A stretch of DNA of 64,000 nucleotides. It comes from Prevotella sp. (GTDB lineage: Bacteria > Bacteroidota > Bacteroidia > Bacteroidales > Bacteroidaceae). A program made the translations under genes and the position numbers. Positions 19,324 through 28,317 of the stretch are shown one piece after another (position 1 is the stretch's first letter; every line of letters begins with the position of its first letter). The DNA lies in the NCBI GenBank assembly GCA_022771265.1, contig JALFCG010000072.1, positions 1,854 to 65,853 of the forward strand, given 5' to 3'. The notes below the pieces were generated by a model that saw only the letters and a list, made by a program, of their open reading frames with translations, did not search any database and was not told where the DNA came from.

Positions 19324-22300
19324 CTACTGAGGCTTAGTTTCCCTTGCCTTGTCCTTGATGTAGTCCCTTGGCGAGATGCCATACACCGCTTTGAATGCCG
19401 TTGAGAACGAGCTGGTGTTGTTGAAGCCCATGGCATACATCACCTCGTTGATGTTCTGATGTCCGTTGTCGAAGAGCCTTGCCGCCTCCTTCATTCTTAT
19501 GTTTCTGATGAAGTTGTGGGGCGACTGGTTTGTCAGGTCTTTCATTTTCCGGTAGAAGTGAACACGGCTCAATCCGACTTCTCGTGCTATGAAGTCAACG
19601 TTGAGCTCGGCGTTACCGATATTAGCGTTGATCACCTTCATCACTCTCTCCATGAGCTTGTCGTCAGCGGTCTGCATGTCGATATGTTCCATTTTGTCCT
19701 CCTGGCTCTCTTTGCCTGACGCTTTGTTTCGCATTATCTTCCTTGAGTCGAGCAGGTTAAGAACGGTGCGCTTTAGTATCTCGATGTTGAAAGGCTTCAC
19801 TATGTAGGCGTCGGCACCTGTCTCGAGTCCCTCGAGCATGTCCTCGTCACTCGACTTGGCGGTGAGCAGCACGATGGGCAGCGCGTTGGTGTTGACATTG
19901 TTTCTCAATCGTGTACAGAGCGTGGTACCGTCCATCACCGGCATCATGACATCGCTGATGACGAGGTCGGGCACGTCCTTGAGTATGGCAGTGAGCGCGT
20001 CTTGTCCGTTGCCGTAGGCTTTGACCTTGTAATATGGCGACAATTCGTTGACGAGATACTGCTGTATTTCGTTGTCGTCCTCCACGACGACTATCGACAG
20101 CCGCTTACCTTTTTGTGTTGTGGCAGGCGCAGGATTGGCGGGCTCGGTCTTCGGCAGTGTCTGATAGCTTTCCTCAAGCAGGTTGACGATGGAGTCGCGG
20201 TTGCCCTTTGGCTCTTCTTGCGTTATTTTCTCGTCCTCCTTCAGGTGTGCGCATCCTAACGGCAGTGTCACTTGGAAGGTTGCTCCTCCCTCGTCGTTGT
20301 TTTTTGCGGTGATGGAGCCGTGATGCAGCAGCACGAGCGAGTTGGTGAGGTCGAGCCCTATTCCCGTTCCGAAGTGTCGGTCGTTGGTGCGTGTCTCGCT
20401 TTGGTAGAACCGTTCAAATATTTTGTCGATCATGTCCTGCGGTATTCCCTCTCCGTTGTCCTTGACGTCGATTGTGATGTAGTTGCCGTCTTGTTTTACG
20501 GTCACCTCCACGTGCCCTCCCGCGGGTGTGTATTTGAATGCGTTGGACAGGAGGTTGACGACGACTTTGTCGAAGTTGGAGAGGTCAATCCACACGTTAA
20601 TTTTTTCGTCTTGGTGTATGAATTCGAACTTGATGTTTTTTGCCTTTGCCTGATATTCGAACATTCGGCAGATGTCATCGACGAATCCGATGATGTCGGT
20701 TTCCCTCATTCTCATTCTCATTTTTCCTTTTTCGATTTTCCTGAGGTCCATCATTTGGTTGATGAGATGCAGTATTCGCTCTGCGTTGCGCTTGATGGTC
20801 ATGTAAGCCCCTACCCTCTTCGGGTCGTTGTCGTCCTTGATGAGCGTCATCAGTGGCGCGACGATGAGCGTCATAGGCGTTCTGATTTCGTGGCTGATGT
20901 TCATGAAGAATTTAATCTTTGCCTCGTTGAGCTCTTCCGCGTGCTTGTGTTCCTGCATGCGCAGCCGGTCCTGGTATTTCTGCCTTCTCTGCCTGAGGAA
21001 GTTATAGATGAGCGCTGCAATGATTGCCATATAGACGAGGTAGGCGACGGTTGACCTGTACCATGGCGAGCGTACTACCACGGTGAACTCCTTCACCTTC
21101 GACTCCTGCTTGTTTTTCGTTGCCTTTACCCGGAACTTGTAGGTTCCCGGTGGCATGAGGCTGAAGTTGAGCTCGTTTTGCCCGGGATGGAGTGATGTCC
21201 ATCCGTCGTTGTTGACGCTGTAGGAATAGGTTATCTGTTCCGGCGAGCCGTAGGTGAGCGTTGAGAGCTGTATGGCGAAGGTGTTGTCCCGATAGGCGAG
21301 GCTGAATCGGTTGCTGTGGAGCACCGGTTTGTCGGTGACTGTAAAGAATCCCGACTTGTCGCCTGCCGCGACGTCCTTTCCGTTGACGACGAGGTTTGTC
21401 AGCAGCACTTCGGCATTCCACGTCTGCTGCTTGATTTTCTGCGGGTTGAACCATGTCACTCCGCCGACTCCTCCGAGCACTATTTCTCCCGTCAGTCCCT
21501 GTGCTATGGCACCTTCGCTGAACTCGTTACTCTGCAGTCCGTCGTCGGCGTAGAAGCAGCTTTTCACTTCTCCTGTCGTTAGTTCAGCCTGGCATAATCC
21601 GTGGTCGGTGGCAGCCCAAAGGTTGCCTGCCTTGTCGGCGAGCAGTGCCGCGATGCTGTTGTCGGGCAGTCCGTCGTCCTCGGTCATCTTCACCGTCTGC
21701 CTCGTCTTCATGTCGTAGCGGAAGAGCCCGTCGTAGGTGCCGACCCACAGGATGTTGCCCGGTGCTTCCGCCACTGTGCGCACGTTGTTGCCGTAAAGCA
21801 ATGCGTTTGCGCCGAAGGTGTTTGTCCACGACTTTTTCCTGATGTCGTAGCAGCACAGTCCCATGGTTGTGGCGATGTATAGCCGTTGCCCGTCGGATGA
21901 GAGGGCGAGTTGCGATATGTAGTTGTTGACGAGCGAGTTGACCTTTCTGTCGTTTGCCGCCGCTTCGTTCGACTTGAACTGTTCCGCCTTTCCGGTCAGC
22001 ATGTCGTATTTTATGAGTCCATGTCCCATGGTGGCGATCCATGCGAAGCCTTGTCTGTCGATGGCGATGTCAAACACGTCGAGTCGTTCGAGTCCTGCCA
22101 CGTCAACGTGTTCGGGAGCGTTCATCGACCTGTCGATGACAAACAGTCCGCGCATGTACGCCCCTGCCCATATCCTTCCTTGGCTGTCCTCGGCGAGGGC
22201 GAGCACGGTGTATGGGTAGTCGAAATGTCGCAGGCACCGTCGGTTGGCGTCGAGCACGTACAGTCCGTCACTGTCCGTTCCGACCCATGTGAGCCCCCTG

Positions 22301-23352
22301 CTGTCAATGAGAGTGCTTGTCACGCAGCAGTCGCCGACCTGGTTTTTGTCGCCCTGCTTGTATCCGGCATATTCAAACCCGAGAGGCTTCTCCGTCTGCA
22401 TGAGCACACCCTTCTGCAGCATGCTGACCCACAGGTTTCCCGCCTTGTCCTCGACGAAGCAGTTCACCTTTGCGTGGCGCAGGTCAACCTCATGGCTGTA
22501 AAGTGGGTTCATCAGCAGCTGTCCCGTGGCAGGGTTCATCACCGCCATTCCTCCTCCGTCAAATCCCACGAGCACATTTCCGCTTCTGGAGGTGTATAGC
22601 GCCGTGACGTGCATGTCGGCAGTCGATGGCAGTGGCTGGAACTTGTCGGCGTGCTTTTCCTTAACCCACACGCCCTTGTCGTTGGTGCCGACGTAGATGT
22701 TGCCATTGAGGTCCTCGCAGATGGATGTCAGTGCGGAGCTCATTGTTCCTTTGTTGAACCACTGCTTCTTTTGCCCTTTCCTCGTGCTCAAGAGTCCTCC
22801 CCTCTCGGTGAGCATCCAAAGCCATCCCTGTGAGTCCTCCATCATTTTCCTTACGCTCCTTACCTCTTTGAGCTCCTTGCACCGGTGTGCCTCAGTGAGG
22901 TTCTTAAGCCTGTAAATTCCGTTGTTTGACGTTCCGATATATACCGTTCCGTCAGCCGTTTCGGCAATGCAGTCCACGAACGAGATAATTTTCTCGCCCT
23001 GATAGCCGTAGAGAGTAAGGTCGTGGAACCGGTCGTCGTAGTAGGCCTGGACTCCTCGTTGGTTGCCTACGAGCAGCACCTTGTCGCTGCGCTGCATGAC
23101 GGTGTTGACATAGTTTGACGACATGCCTTCGCACCCGTCGTTGCCTTTCTTGAACACCTTGAAGTTGTAGCCGTCGTAACGGTTGAGCCCGTTGCGCGTT
23201 GAAATCCAAATAAAGCCGTCATGGTCCTGATAGACATGCAGCGCGAAACTGCTGGAAAGCATCTTGTCGGTGTTGAAGAGCTTGCCCGTCTGGGCTCTCA
23301 CGCCTGCCACCCATGCGAGCAGCAGAAGTACTACATAGAATGTTTTATTCAT
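19324..23352 (-). CDS. hybrid two-component system sensor kinase/response regulator with AraC-type HTH (HTCS)
   Basis: 1342 aa. Order: signal peptide, beta-propeller/Y_Y_Y periplasmic region, TM, HisKA (SHEIRTPM), HATPase, receiver, then HTH_AraC C-terminus. Confidence 0.92.
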   Translation of the reverse strand: MNKTFYVVLLLLAWVAGVRAQTGKLFNTDKMLSSSFALHVYQDHDGFIWISTRNGLNRYDGYNFKVFKKGNDGCEGMSSNYVNTVMQRSDKVLLVGNQRGVQAYYDDRFHDLTLYGYQGEKIISFVDCIAETADGTVYIGTSNNGIYRLKNLTEAHRCKELKEVRSVRKMMEDSQGWLWMLTERGGLLSTRKGQKKQWFNKGTMSSALTSICEDLNGNIYVGTNDKGVWVKEKHADKFQPLPSTADMHVTALYTSRSGNVLVGFDGGGMAVMNPATGQLLMNPLYSHEVDLRHAKVNCFVEDKAGNLWVSMLQKGVLMQTEKPLGFEYAGYKQGDKNQVGDCCVTSTLIDSRGLTWVGTDSDGLYVLDANRRCLRHFDYPYTVLALAEDSQGRIWAGAYMRGLFVIDRSMNAPEHVDVAGLERLDVFDIAIDRQGFAWIATMGHGLIKYDMLTGKAEQFKSNEAAANDRKVNSLVNNYISQLALSSDGQRLYIATTMGLCCYDIRKKSWTNTFGANALLYGNNVRTVAEAPGNILWVGTYDGLFRYDMKTRQTVKMTEDDGLPDNSIAALLADKAGNLWAATDHGLCQAELTTGEVKSCFYADDGLQSNEFSEGAIAQGLTGEIVLGGVGGVTWFNPQKIKQQTWNAEVLLTNLVVNGKDVAAGDKSGFFTVTDKPVLHSNRFSLAYRDNTFAIQLSTLTYGSPEQITYSYSVNNDGWTSLHPGQNELNFSLMPPGTYKFRVKATKNKQESKVKEFTVVVRSPWYRSTVAYLVYMAIIAALIYNFLRQRRQKYQDRLRMQEHKHAEELNEAKIKFFMNISHEIRTPMTLIVAPLMTLIKDDNDPKRVGAYMTIKRNAERILHLINQMMDLRKIEKGKMRMRMRETDIIGFVDDICRMFEYQAKAKNIKFEFIHQDEKINVWIDLSNFDKVVVNLLSNAFKYTPAGGHVEVTVKQDGNYITIDVKDNGEGIPQDMIDKIFERFYQSETRTNDRHFGTGIGLDLTNSLVLLHHGSITAKNNDEGGATFQVTLPLGCAHLKEDEKITQEEPKGNRDSIVNLLEESYQTLPKTEPANPAPATTQKGKRLSIVVVEDDNEIQQYLVNELSPYYKVKAYGNGQDALTAILKDVPDLVISDVMMPVMDGTTLCTRLRNNVNTNALPIVLLTAKSSDEDMLEGLETGADAYIVKPFNIEILKRTVLNLLDSRKIMRNKASGKESQEDKMEHIDMQTADDKLMERVMKVINANIGNAELNVDFIAREVGLSRVHFYRKMKDLTNQSPHNFIRNIRMKEAARLFDNGHQNINEVMYAMGFNNTSSFSTAFKAVYGISPRDYIKDKARETKPQ

Positions 23353-23397
23353 TAGGTTCTTCCCTTAGGTTCAGTTAAAATTAGTTGTACGTGGCGA

Positions 23398-23405
23398 CAA
23401 AGTTA
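23398..23405 (-). promoter_or_regulatory. -7 promoter box TAACTTTG
   Basis: Plus strand reads CAAAGTTA, 46 nt upstream of the HTCS ATG. Confidence 0.55.
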
Positions 23406-23523
23406 CAAAAAAAACCTTATTCGCCAAAGGAATCAAGATTTTTTAACATTCCTGTCCGCTTTCTATCTTCATCTAAAGGAAAAAAATAGTAATTTCGCAT
23501 CGTAAAAGAATAATAACGAAATC

Positions 23524-24420
23524 ATGAAAAAAGTACATCTTCTTATTGCCGTGACTGCCTTGGGCATGACCGGTATCGCCTCCTGCAAGCAGCAAGCCCC
23601 AAAGGGGCAGGAGACGGCAGACAGCATCAGCATTGCATCCAACAACAATACGGTGGAAACGCCCATACCATTCACTTCCGACAGTGTTGCAACGAAGCTC
23701 TCGGGCGAGGGCTACGAATGTAAGGTCGAGGTTGACTATCCCACGTCGAAGGGGCTGCTTGCCGACAGCGTTAGGCAGGCTTTGCTACACGTGCTCAACC
23801 ACACCTCGCCGACAGGAGGCCTGAGCCCGGAGCAACCGCAGACGGCGTTCAAGGGCAAAGCCGGCAACGGGAAAGCCGTGGCTGACTTCTTCGCCAAGGC
23901 GTATGCTGACCAGCTGAAGAAGTCATACGACGAGATCTTGAAGCTCAACGAGGACCGGGAAGCCCCCGCTCCCTACTCGTTCGACATCTCGCTGAAAAAG
24001 TCGTGCGAGACCGGCAAATACGTGACCTACAACGTCTTTTCCTACAGTTATCTTGGCGGAGCCCACGGCTCGTCGATGCAGTACGCGCTCAACATTGCCA
24101 AGTCCACGGGCAAGGCTGTCGGCACGGTCATCGACAACTCCATGACGAAAGCGATGCAAAAGCTCCTTCGCCATGGAGTGGCAGAATATTTCAAGGCGCA
24201 GGGTGAAACCATTGCCGACAAGGACCTCGACGGCCACCTGTTCATCGACAACGGCATCATCCCGCTGCCTGCTTACAATCCGGAATTGACTCCCGAGGGC
24301 CTCCGCTTCGTCTATCAACAGTACGAAATCGGGCCTTATGCCATCGGCATGGTCACCTTCACCGTTCCTTACGACAAGGTGAAGCCGTTCATGACCGGCG
24401 AAGCCCTCGAGCTGCTTTGA
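23524..24420 (+). CDS. lipoprotein, DUF3298/DUF4163-like
   Basis: 298 aa with lipobox GIASC. YLGGAHGS motif is characteristic of DUF3298. Confidence 0.7.
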   Translation: MKKVHLLIAVTALGMTGIASCKQQAPKGQETADSISIASNNNTVETPIPFTSDSVATKLSGEGYECKVEVDYPTSKGLLADSVRQALLHVLNHTSPTGGLSPEQPQTAFKGKAGNGKAVADFFAKAYADQLKKSYDEILKLNEDREAPAPYSFDISLKKSCETGKYVTYNVFSYSYLGGAHGSSMQYALNIAKSTGKAVGTVIDNSMTKAMQKLLRHGVAEYFKAQGETIADKDLDGHLFIDNGIIPLPAYNPELTPEGLRFVYQQYEIGPYAIGMVTFTVPYDKVKPFMTGEALELL

Positions 24421-24421
24421 T

Positions 24422-26164
24422 TCAGCGGGTGAACCTTATCCAGTCGACGTCGAGGAACGCGCCGTCGTTGCTCACCGCCGAGCGGCAGTTGAAATAGCCC
24501 ACCTTGGCACCTATCCACTTGCCTTCCTTGACGGCGAACGGGGTGCCAATCTTCACGTATTTCTTTCCGTCGAGGCTATAGTAGAACTGTGCCGCCGAGG
24601 TGATGGCGTTGGCAACACCCGAACTCTTCACCACCGCGCGCACATAGACGTGAGGCGTGGCGTGGCGCGGCTGCGGTATGTCATCGACGGCATATCGCTG
24701 CGTGTAGGGCTTCTCCTGTTCCGTGAGCGTCACGGGCACCTCAGCCTCCACCGTTTCCTTGCCTCCGTTCTGAGCTTTGGCGCACTTCACGAAGCGCATG
24801 ACACAGCCTTCTTCGGTTGCCACGAACTTTATCGCCGCATAGTCAAGCCCCTTGATGATGAAGCCAGCCTCCTCGCCCTTTTTCTTGTTGGAGGGGTTGG
24901 GGATGAACTGCAGCTTGGAGGTGACGGTGAAGTTCTCGGCCGGGAACTTCTGCATCAGCGTGTTCTGCATGTCGGCGAGGTTCTTGTATCCCTCAGGCTG
25001 CTCGACACCGTAGAGGCGCAGCTTCGACTTCCTGGAGTCGCAGAAGTACCAGTAGTGGCTGAAGGGTCCCTCAAACTGCCATTGCAGTCCGAGGCTTGTG
25101 GAGTCGAACTCGTCGTTCTCTTGCGGCTGCACGCTGCCCGAGGACTTCAGTGCCGGCTTCTTCCATTCCGCCACGGGGTCGCCGCAGCCGTCGCCGTCGC
25201 GGTCGTCGCCGATGACGAGCCAGTCGTCAACCCATCGTGCGGGCTGAAGGTGGACGACGCGTCCATAGGCGTGCTTGTCCTGGAAGTGCAGGAACCAGTC
25301 CTCACCCGACGGCGTGTCAACCCATGCCCCCTGGTGCGGGCCGTTGACTTGTGTTTTTCCCTGAGCCAGCCCTACGTATTCCTCGTAAGGTCCGAAGGGG
25401 TCTCTCGATCGCAGTATGACCTGCCATCCGTATTTCACGCCTCCTGCAGGCGACATTATGTAGTAGTAGCCGTTGCGCTTGTAGAACTTCGTGCCTTCGA
25501 TGGTGGGCTGGTCCTCATGTCCGTCATAGACGATGCGCGAAGGACCGGTGACGGTGGTGCCGTCGGCTGACATCGGTGCGACAAAGAGCACCGACTTCAC
25601 TCCAGCCCTCGACCCTGCACAGCCATGTGAGAGATAGGCTTTCCCGTTGTCGTCCCAGAGCGGGCAGCAGTCGATCATTCCCTTTCCCTTCTTCACGCAC
25701 ACGGGCTTCGACCACGTTCCTGCCGGGTCCTGCGCCTTGGTCATGAACAATCCCTGGTCGGGGTCGCCCCAGTAGATGTAGAACCATCCCTCATGGAAGC
25801 GTATCGCGGGTGCCCACACGTAGTTGCCGTGCTGTATGCGCTTTCGCCAGTCGAGGCTGGTGCCGCGGAATTCGGGCAGCACGGGGTAGTCATCAACGAG
25901 TGCCGCTCCAATGATTTTCCAGTTGACGAGGTCGGTGCTGTGCAGCACCTGCAGTCCCGGGAAGCAGGCGAAGCTCGACGAGGTCATATAGTAGTCGTTG
26001 CCAACCCTGCAGACGTCGGGGTCGGAATAGTCGGCGTTAATCACCGGGTTTCTGTATTTTCCTCCGGGGAGGTTTGGGTTCCACGTCGCTGACTCTTGTG
26101 CCATCGACGCCATCGGCATGCTTCCCAAGGCAGCCGCAAGAAGGAGACTAATCGTTTTTTTCAT
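24422..26164 (-). CDS. glycoside hydrolase family 43 (beta-xylosidase/alpha-L-arabinofuranosidase-like) with C-terminal beta-sandwich domain
   Basis: NPVINADYSDPDVCRVGNDYYMTSSSF is a GH43 N-terminus. I prefer the ATG at 26164 (MKKTISLLLAAALG signal peptide) over the track start at 26212. Confidence 0.9.
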   Translation of the reverse strand: MKKTISLLLAAALGSMPMASMAQESATWNPNLPGGKYRNPVINADYSDPDVCRVGNDYYMTSSSFACFPGLQVLHSTDLVNWKIIGAALVDDYPVLPEFRGTSLDWRKRIQHGNYVWAPAIRFHEGWFYIYWGDPDQGLFMTKAQDPAGTWSKPVCVKKGKGMIDCCPLWDDNGKAYLSHGCAGSRAGVKSVLFVAPMSADGTTVTGPSRIVYDGHEDQPTIEGTKFYKRNGYYYIMSPAGGVKYGWQVILRSRDPFGPYEEYVGLAQGKTQVNGPHQGAWVDTPSGEDWFLHFQDKHAYGRVVHLQPARWVDDWLVIGDDRDGDGCGDPVAEWKKPALKSSGSVQPQENDEFDSTSLGLQWQFEGPFSHYWYFCDSRKSKLRLYGVEQPEGYKNLADMQNTLMQKFPAENFTVTSKLQFIPNPSNKKKGEEAGFIIKGLDYAAIKFVATEEGCVMRFVKCAKAQNGGKETVEAEVPVTLTEQEKPYTQRYAVDDIPQPRHATPHVYVRAVVKSSGVANAITSAAQFYYSLDGKKYVKIGTPFAVKEGKWIGAKVGYFNCRSAVSNDGAFLDVDWIRFTR

Positions 26165-26232
26165 TTGTTTTTTATTTGTTTGGTAAGATTTGTTATCTAT
26201 TTGTCTCAGCATTTCTACTGTCCTTCTCTTTT

Positions 26233-26423
26233 TTGTTCCCCCTCTAAGATAGAGGGGGTGTCACGAAGTGACGGGGGCGTATGACCTTCCAGCAGAAGCT
26301 TACAGCACGAGCCTTTAGCACGAGCTTCCTGCAAAAGCATTTGTCAAGCGAGATAATGCTGACGTTTTCATACTCCCTCCCCCCTTCGGGGACTCCCCCT
26401 ATCTTAGGGGGAGAGCCAAATTA
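26233..26423 (-). mobile_element. MITE-like repeat, copy B (both termini missing)
   Basis: The core aligns with copy C and has 4 central subrepeats. It lies in the 5' leader of the GH43 gene. Confidence 0.65.
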
Positions 26424-26572
26424 GTTATGAGCGCAGAGTGCTAAGACTTGGCATTCGTCTTGACTCCTTAACTTCTTTACTCCTTAACTACCAACTATTT
26501 CCTTTACTTCCGATAGTTGAGTTATATACTTAAGTTTCGCAAGCTGTTAAATGGACAGTCTTCTTTTTTCTG

Positions 26573-26604
26573 CAAAGATACTGCATTTCTTATAAACTGC
26601 CAAA
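26573..26604 (-). promoter_or_regulatory. complete Bacteroidetes promoter TTTG-N20-TATCTTTG
   Basis: On the minus strand, the -33 TTTG is at 26604-26601 and the -7 TATCTTTG at 26580-26573. It points toward MITE copy B and the GH43 gene. Confidence 0.6.
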
Positions 26605-26636
26605 CTTTTTACAGATTATTTTTTCAGGAGCCAACT

Positions 26637-26894
26637 TAACAGAACTTCCCCACCCTTTTCCATGCAGTTGAGTAACTTGTTCCCCCTCTAAGATAGAGGG
26701 GGTGTCACGAAGTGACGGGGGCGTATGACCTTCCAGCAGAAGCTTCCAGCACTAGCCTTCAGCACGAGCTTCCTGCAAAAGCATTTCTCAAGCGAGATAA
26801 TGCTGACGTTTTCATACTCCCTCCCCCCTTCGGGGGACTCCCCCTATCTTAGGGGGAGAGCCAAATTACTGTCATGCGGTGGAGGTGGTCTGAT
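26637..26894 (-). mobile_element. MITE-like repeat, copy C (one terminus truncated)
   Basis: Near-identical to copies A and D in reverse orientation. The terminal GAACTTCCCCACCC inverted repeat is present on one side only. Confidence 0.7.
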
Positions 26895-26929
26895 TTAACT
26901 CCTGAAAAAACTCCTTAACTCCTGAAAAG

Positions 26930-27175
26930 CTAAGTACTGTCTATCGCCTTCTGTTCGGTTGACACTTCGGCGGTGAAGTCGCCTTTCTTCAGGCGGATGG
27001 TCTTGCCGCCGGTGGCCGACTCGATGAAGGAGGGCACTTGCGACAGCGTTGCGAAGGCAAGCAGAAGGCCTACGGCTGTCAGCACACTGGAATCAATGAC
27101 CCCCATCGGTGGGCAGAAGAATCCACCCACGATGAGGAGCACTGAGAGAGTGAGGGTCAGATGAAACACACGCAT
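26930..27175 (-). CDS. small two-TM membrane protein (holin-like topology)
   Basis: 81 aa. Two hydrophobic helices and a charged C-terminal tail. Sits 19 nt downstream of the HU-like gene. Confidence 0.5.
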   Translation of the reverse strand: MRVFHLTLTLSVLLIVGGFFCPPMGVIDSSVLTAVGLLLAFATLSQVPSFIESATGGKTIRLKKGDFTAEVSTEQKAIDST

Positions 27176-27194
27176 GGCTCACAGTCGTTAAGTT

Positions 27195-27878
27195 TTATTC
27201 GCCTATGTCGCCAACGCCGCCTTCATCAGTGGTCCCGCCACCTGACGGGTTGCCGGAGCCACTGTCAGAGCCACTGCCCGAGCCGCTGTCAGAGCCGCTG
27301 CCCGAGCCGCTGCCGGAGTCGCTGCCCGACGGGGTGTCGGCTACGGTGAGGTCAACGGTGGTCTGCCCTGCCTTGATTGCCTTGAGCACGGCAGCCTGTG
27401 CGTTGCGGCTTGCTACGAGGTTGAACTCTGCGTCGGCGAGCAGGTTTTTGAACTCCATGCCCGGCTCCCACATGACGTTGACAGAGGTGATGTTCTGCGC
27501 AGAGAACTTGTCGGCAGTCTCCGCTCCCTTCGAGCTGAGGGTGATGTAGAAGTCGCCGAGGTCGCCCAAGCGTATCTTCTTCCCCTCTAAGAGCTGCTCA
27601 CGCATGCAATCGACGGCGAGGTAGAGGATGGCGGAGATGTCGGCGCGTGAATAGACGGTGCCGTGGGTTGCGATGTGGCGTGCAAACTTCTCGATGGTCA
27701 TCACGTCGGTGTACTGTGCGATAGCGAAGGCGTTCTGCACTTCGGTCTTGACGAGGTCGAGGTCTGCCTGTTCCGGCTCTTTTCCCTCGTTGCGGGCGAG
27801 TTTGATGCGAGCCTTTGCAAGGTTGATTTCGAAGAGGTTGGCGTTGACGCCACGCATTACGATGCTGTAGTTAATCAT
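27195..27878 (-). CDS. HU-like (histone-like) DNA-binding protein with Ser/Gly/Asp-rich C-terminal tail
   Basis: The track start at 27887 is TTG; I use the ATG at 27878 (MINYSIVMRG...). The Bacteroidales HU-like fold region is ...IEKFARHIATHGTVYSRADISAILYLAVDCMREQLLEGKKIRLGDLGDFY. The tail is SGSDSGSGSGSGSDSGSGSGSDSGSG, encoded by a 12-nt periodic DNA repeat. Confidence 0.75.
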   Translation of the reverse strand: MINYSIVMRGVNANLFEINLAKARIKLARNEGKEPEQADLDLVKTEVQNAFAIAQYTDVMTIEKFARHIATHGTVYSRADISAILYLAVDCMREQLLEGKKIRLGDLGDFYITLSSKGAETADKFSAQNITSVNVMWEPGMEFKNLLADAEFNLVASRNAQAAVLKAIKAGQTTVDLTVADTPSGSDSGSGSGSGSDSGSGSGSDSGSGNPSGGGTTDEGGVGDIGE

Positions 27879-28015
27879 GGTTGTCAAAGTGTTTTAGTTG
27901 TTAGTAATCGGTTGGTTTCTCGCTGTGACCTTCCTAGCTTTAACCTATGGCTTCAGGCTGTAATTACTTGTGGCCTCGCCTTGGCATAAGTAGCGGCCGT
28001 TTCCGGTTCACGTTG

Positions 28016-28023
28016 CAAAGGTA
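28016..28023 (-). promoter_or_regulatory. -7 promoter box TACCTTTG
   Basis: Plus strand reads CAAAGGTA, about 140 nt upstream of the HU-like gene. Confidence 0.5.
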
Positions 28024-28123
28024 CGAATTATTTTCTTACGTTCTCCGGTTTTCGCTGAGTTTGTTGGAAAAATGGTGCGACTTTTTTTGCGTGTCAAATG
28101 TTTTTACCTCCGAGGGAGTGGCA

Positions 28124-28166
28124 AAGCGTAACTCGTAACAGTGTAACTCGTGTTTTTCACTGTTAC
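28124..28166 (+). repeat. GTAAC module copy 1 (26-mer + hairpin)
   Basis: Exact AAGCGTAACTCGTAACAGTGTAACTC at 28124-28149. The hairpin pairs GTAACAGTG (28135-43) with CACTGTTAC (28158-66). Confidence 0.85.
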
Positions 28167-28225
28167 GCTTTCACTTAGCCTTATATACATTATTAATAAA
28201 TAATAATTAAATAAGTATAACTCTA

Positions 28226-28249
28226 GGAGTTAAGGAGTTAAGGAGTTAA
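28226..28249 (+). repeat. tandem array (GGAGTTAA) x3
   Basis: Perfect 8-nt repeats containing the 11-mer AGTTAAGGAGT twice. The same 11-mer occurs on the minus strand at 26463, 26479 and 26910. Confidence 0.85.
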
Positions 28250-28274
28250 GACATTTGTTTTGGGAGTTATGTGG

Positions 28275-28317
28275 GTGTAACTCAATTTTTGCAGTTACAC
28301 TGTTACGAGTTACGCTT
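28275..28317 (-). repeat. GTAAC module copy 2 (inverted)
   Basis: Minus strand AAGCGTAACTCGTAACAGTGTAACTG matches the 26-mer at 25/26 positions. It is followed by the hairpin GTGTAACT-N10-AGTTACAC. Its second TAA is the stop of CDS 28303..28977. Confidence 0.85.

Noticed and set aside
27947-28138. 63-aa plus-strand ORF ending ...AKRNS, the same ending as the 224-aa protein on the other strand.
   Set aside because: The shared ending arises only because both run into a GTAAC module. The ORF is antisense to the HU-like gene's promoter region and has no start context or recognisable fold.
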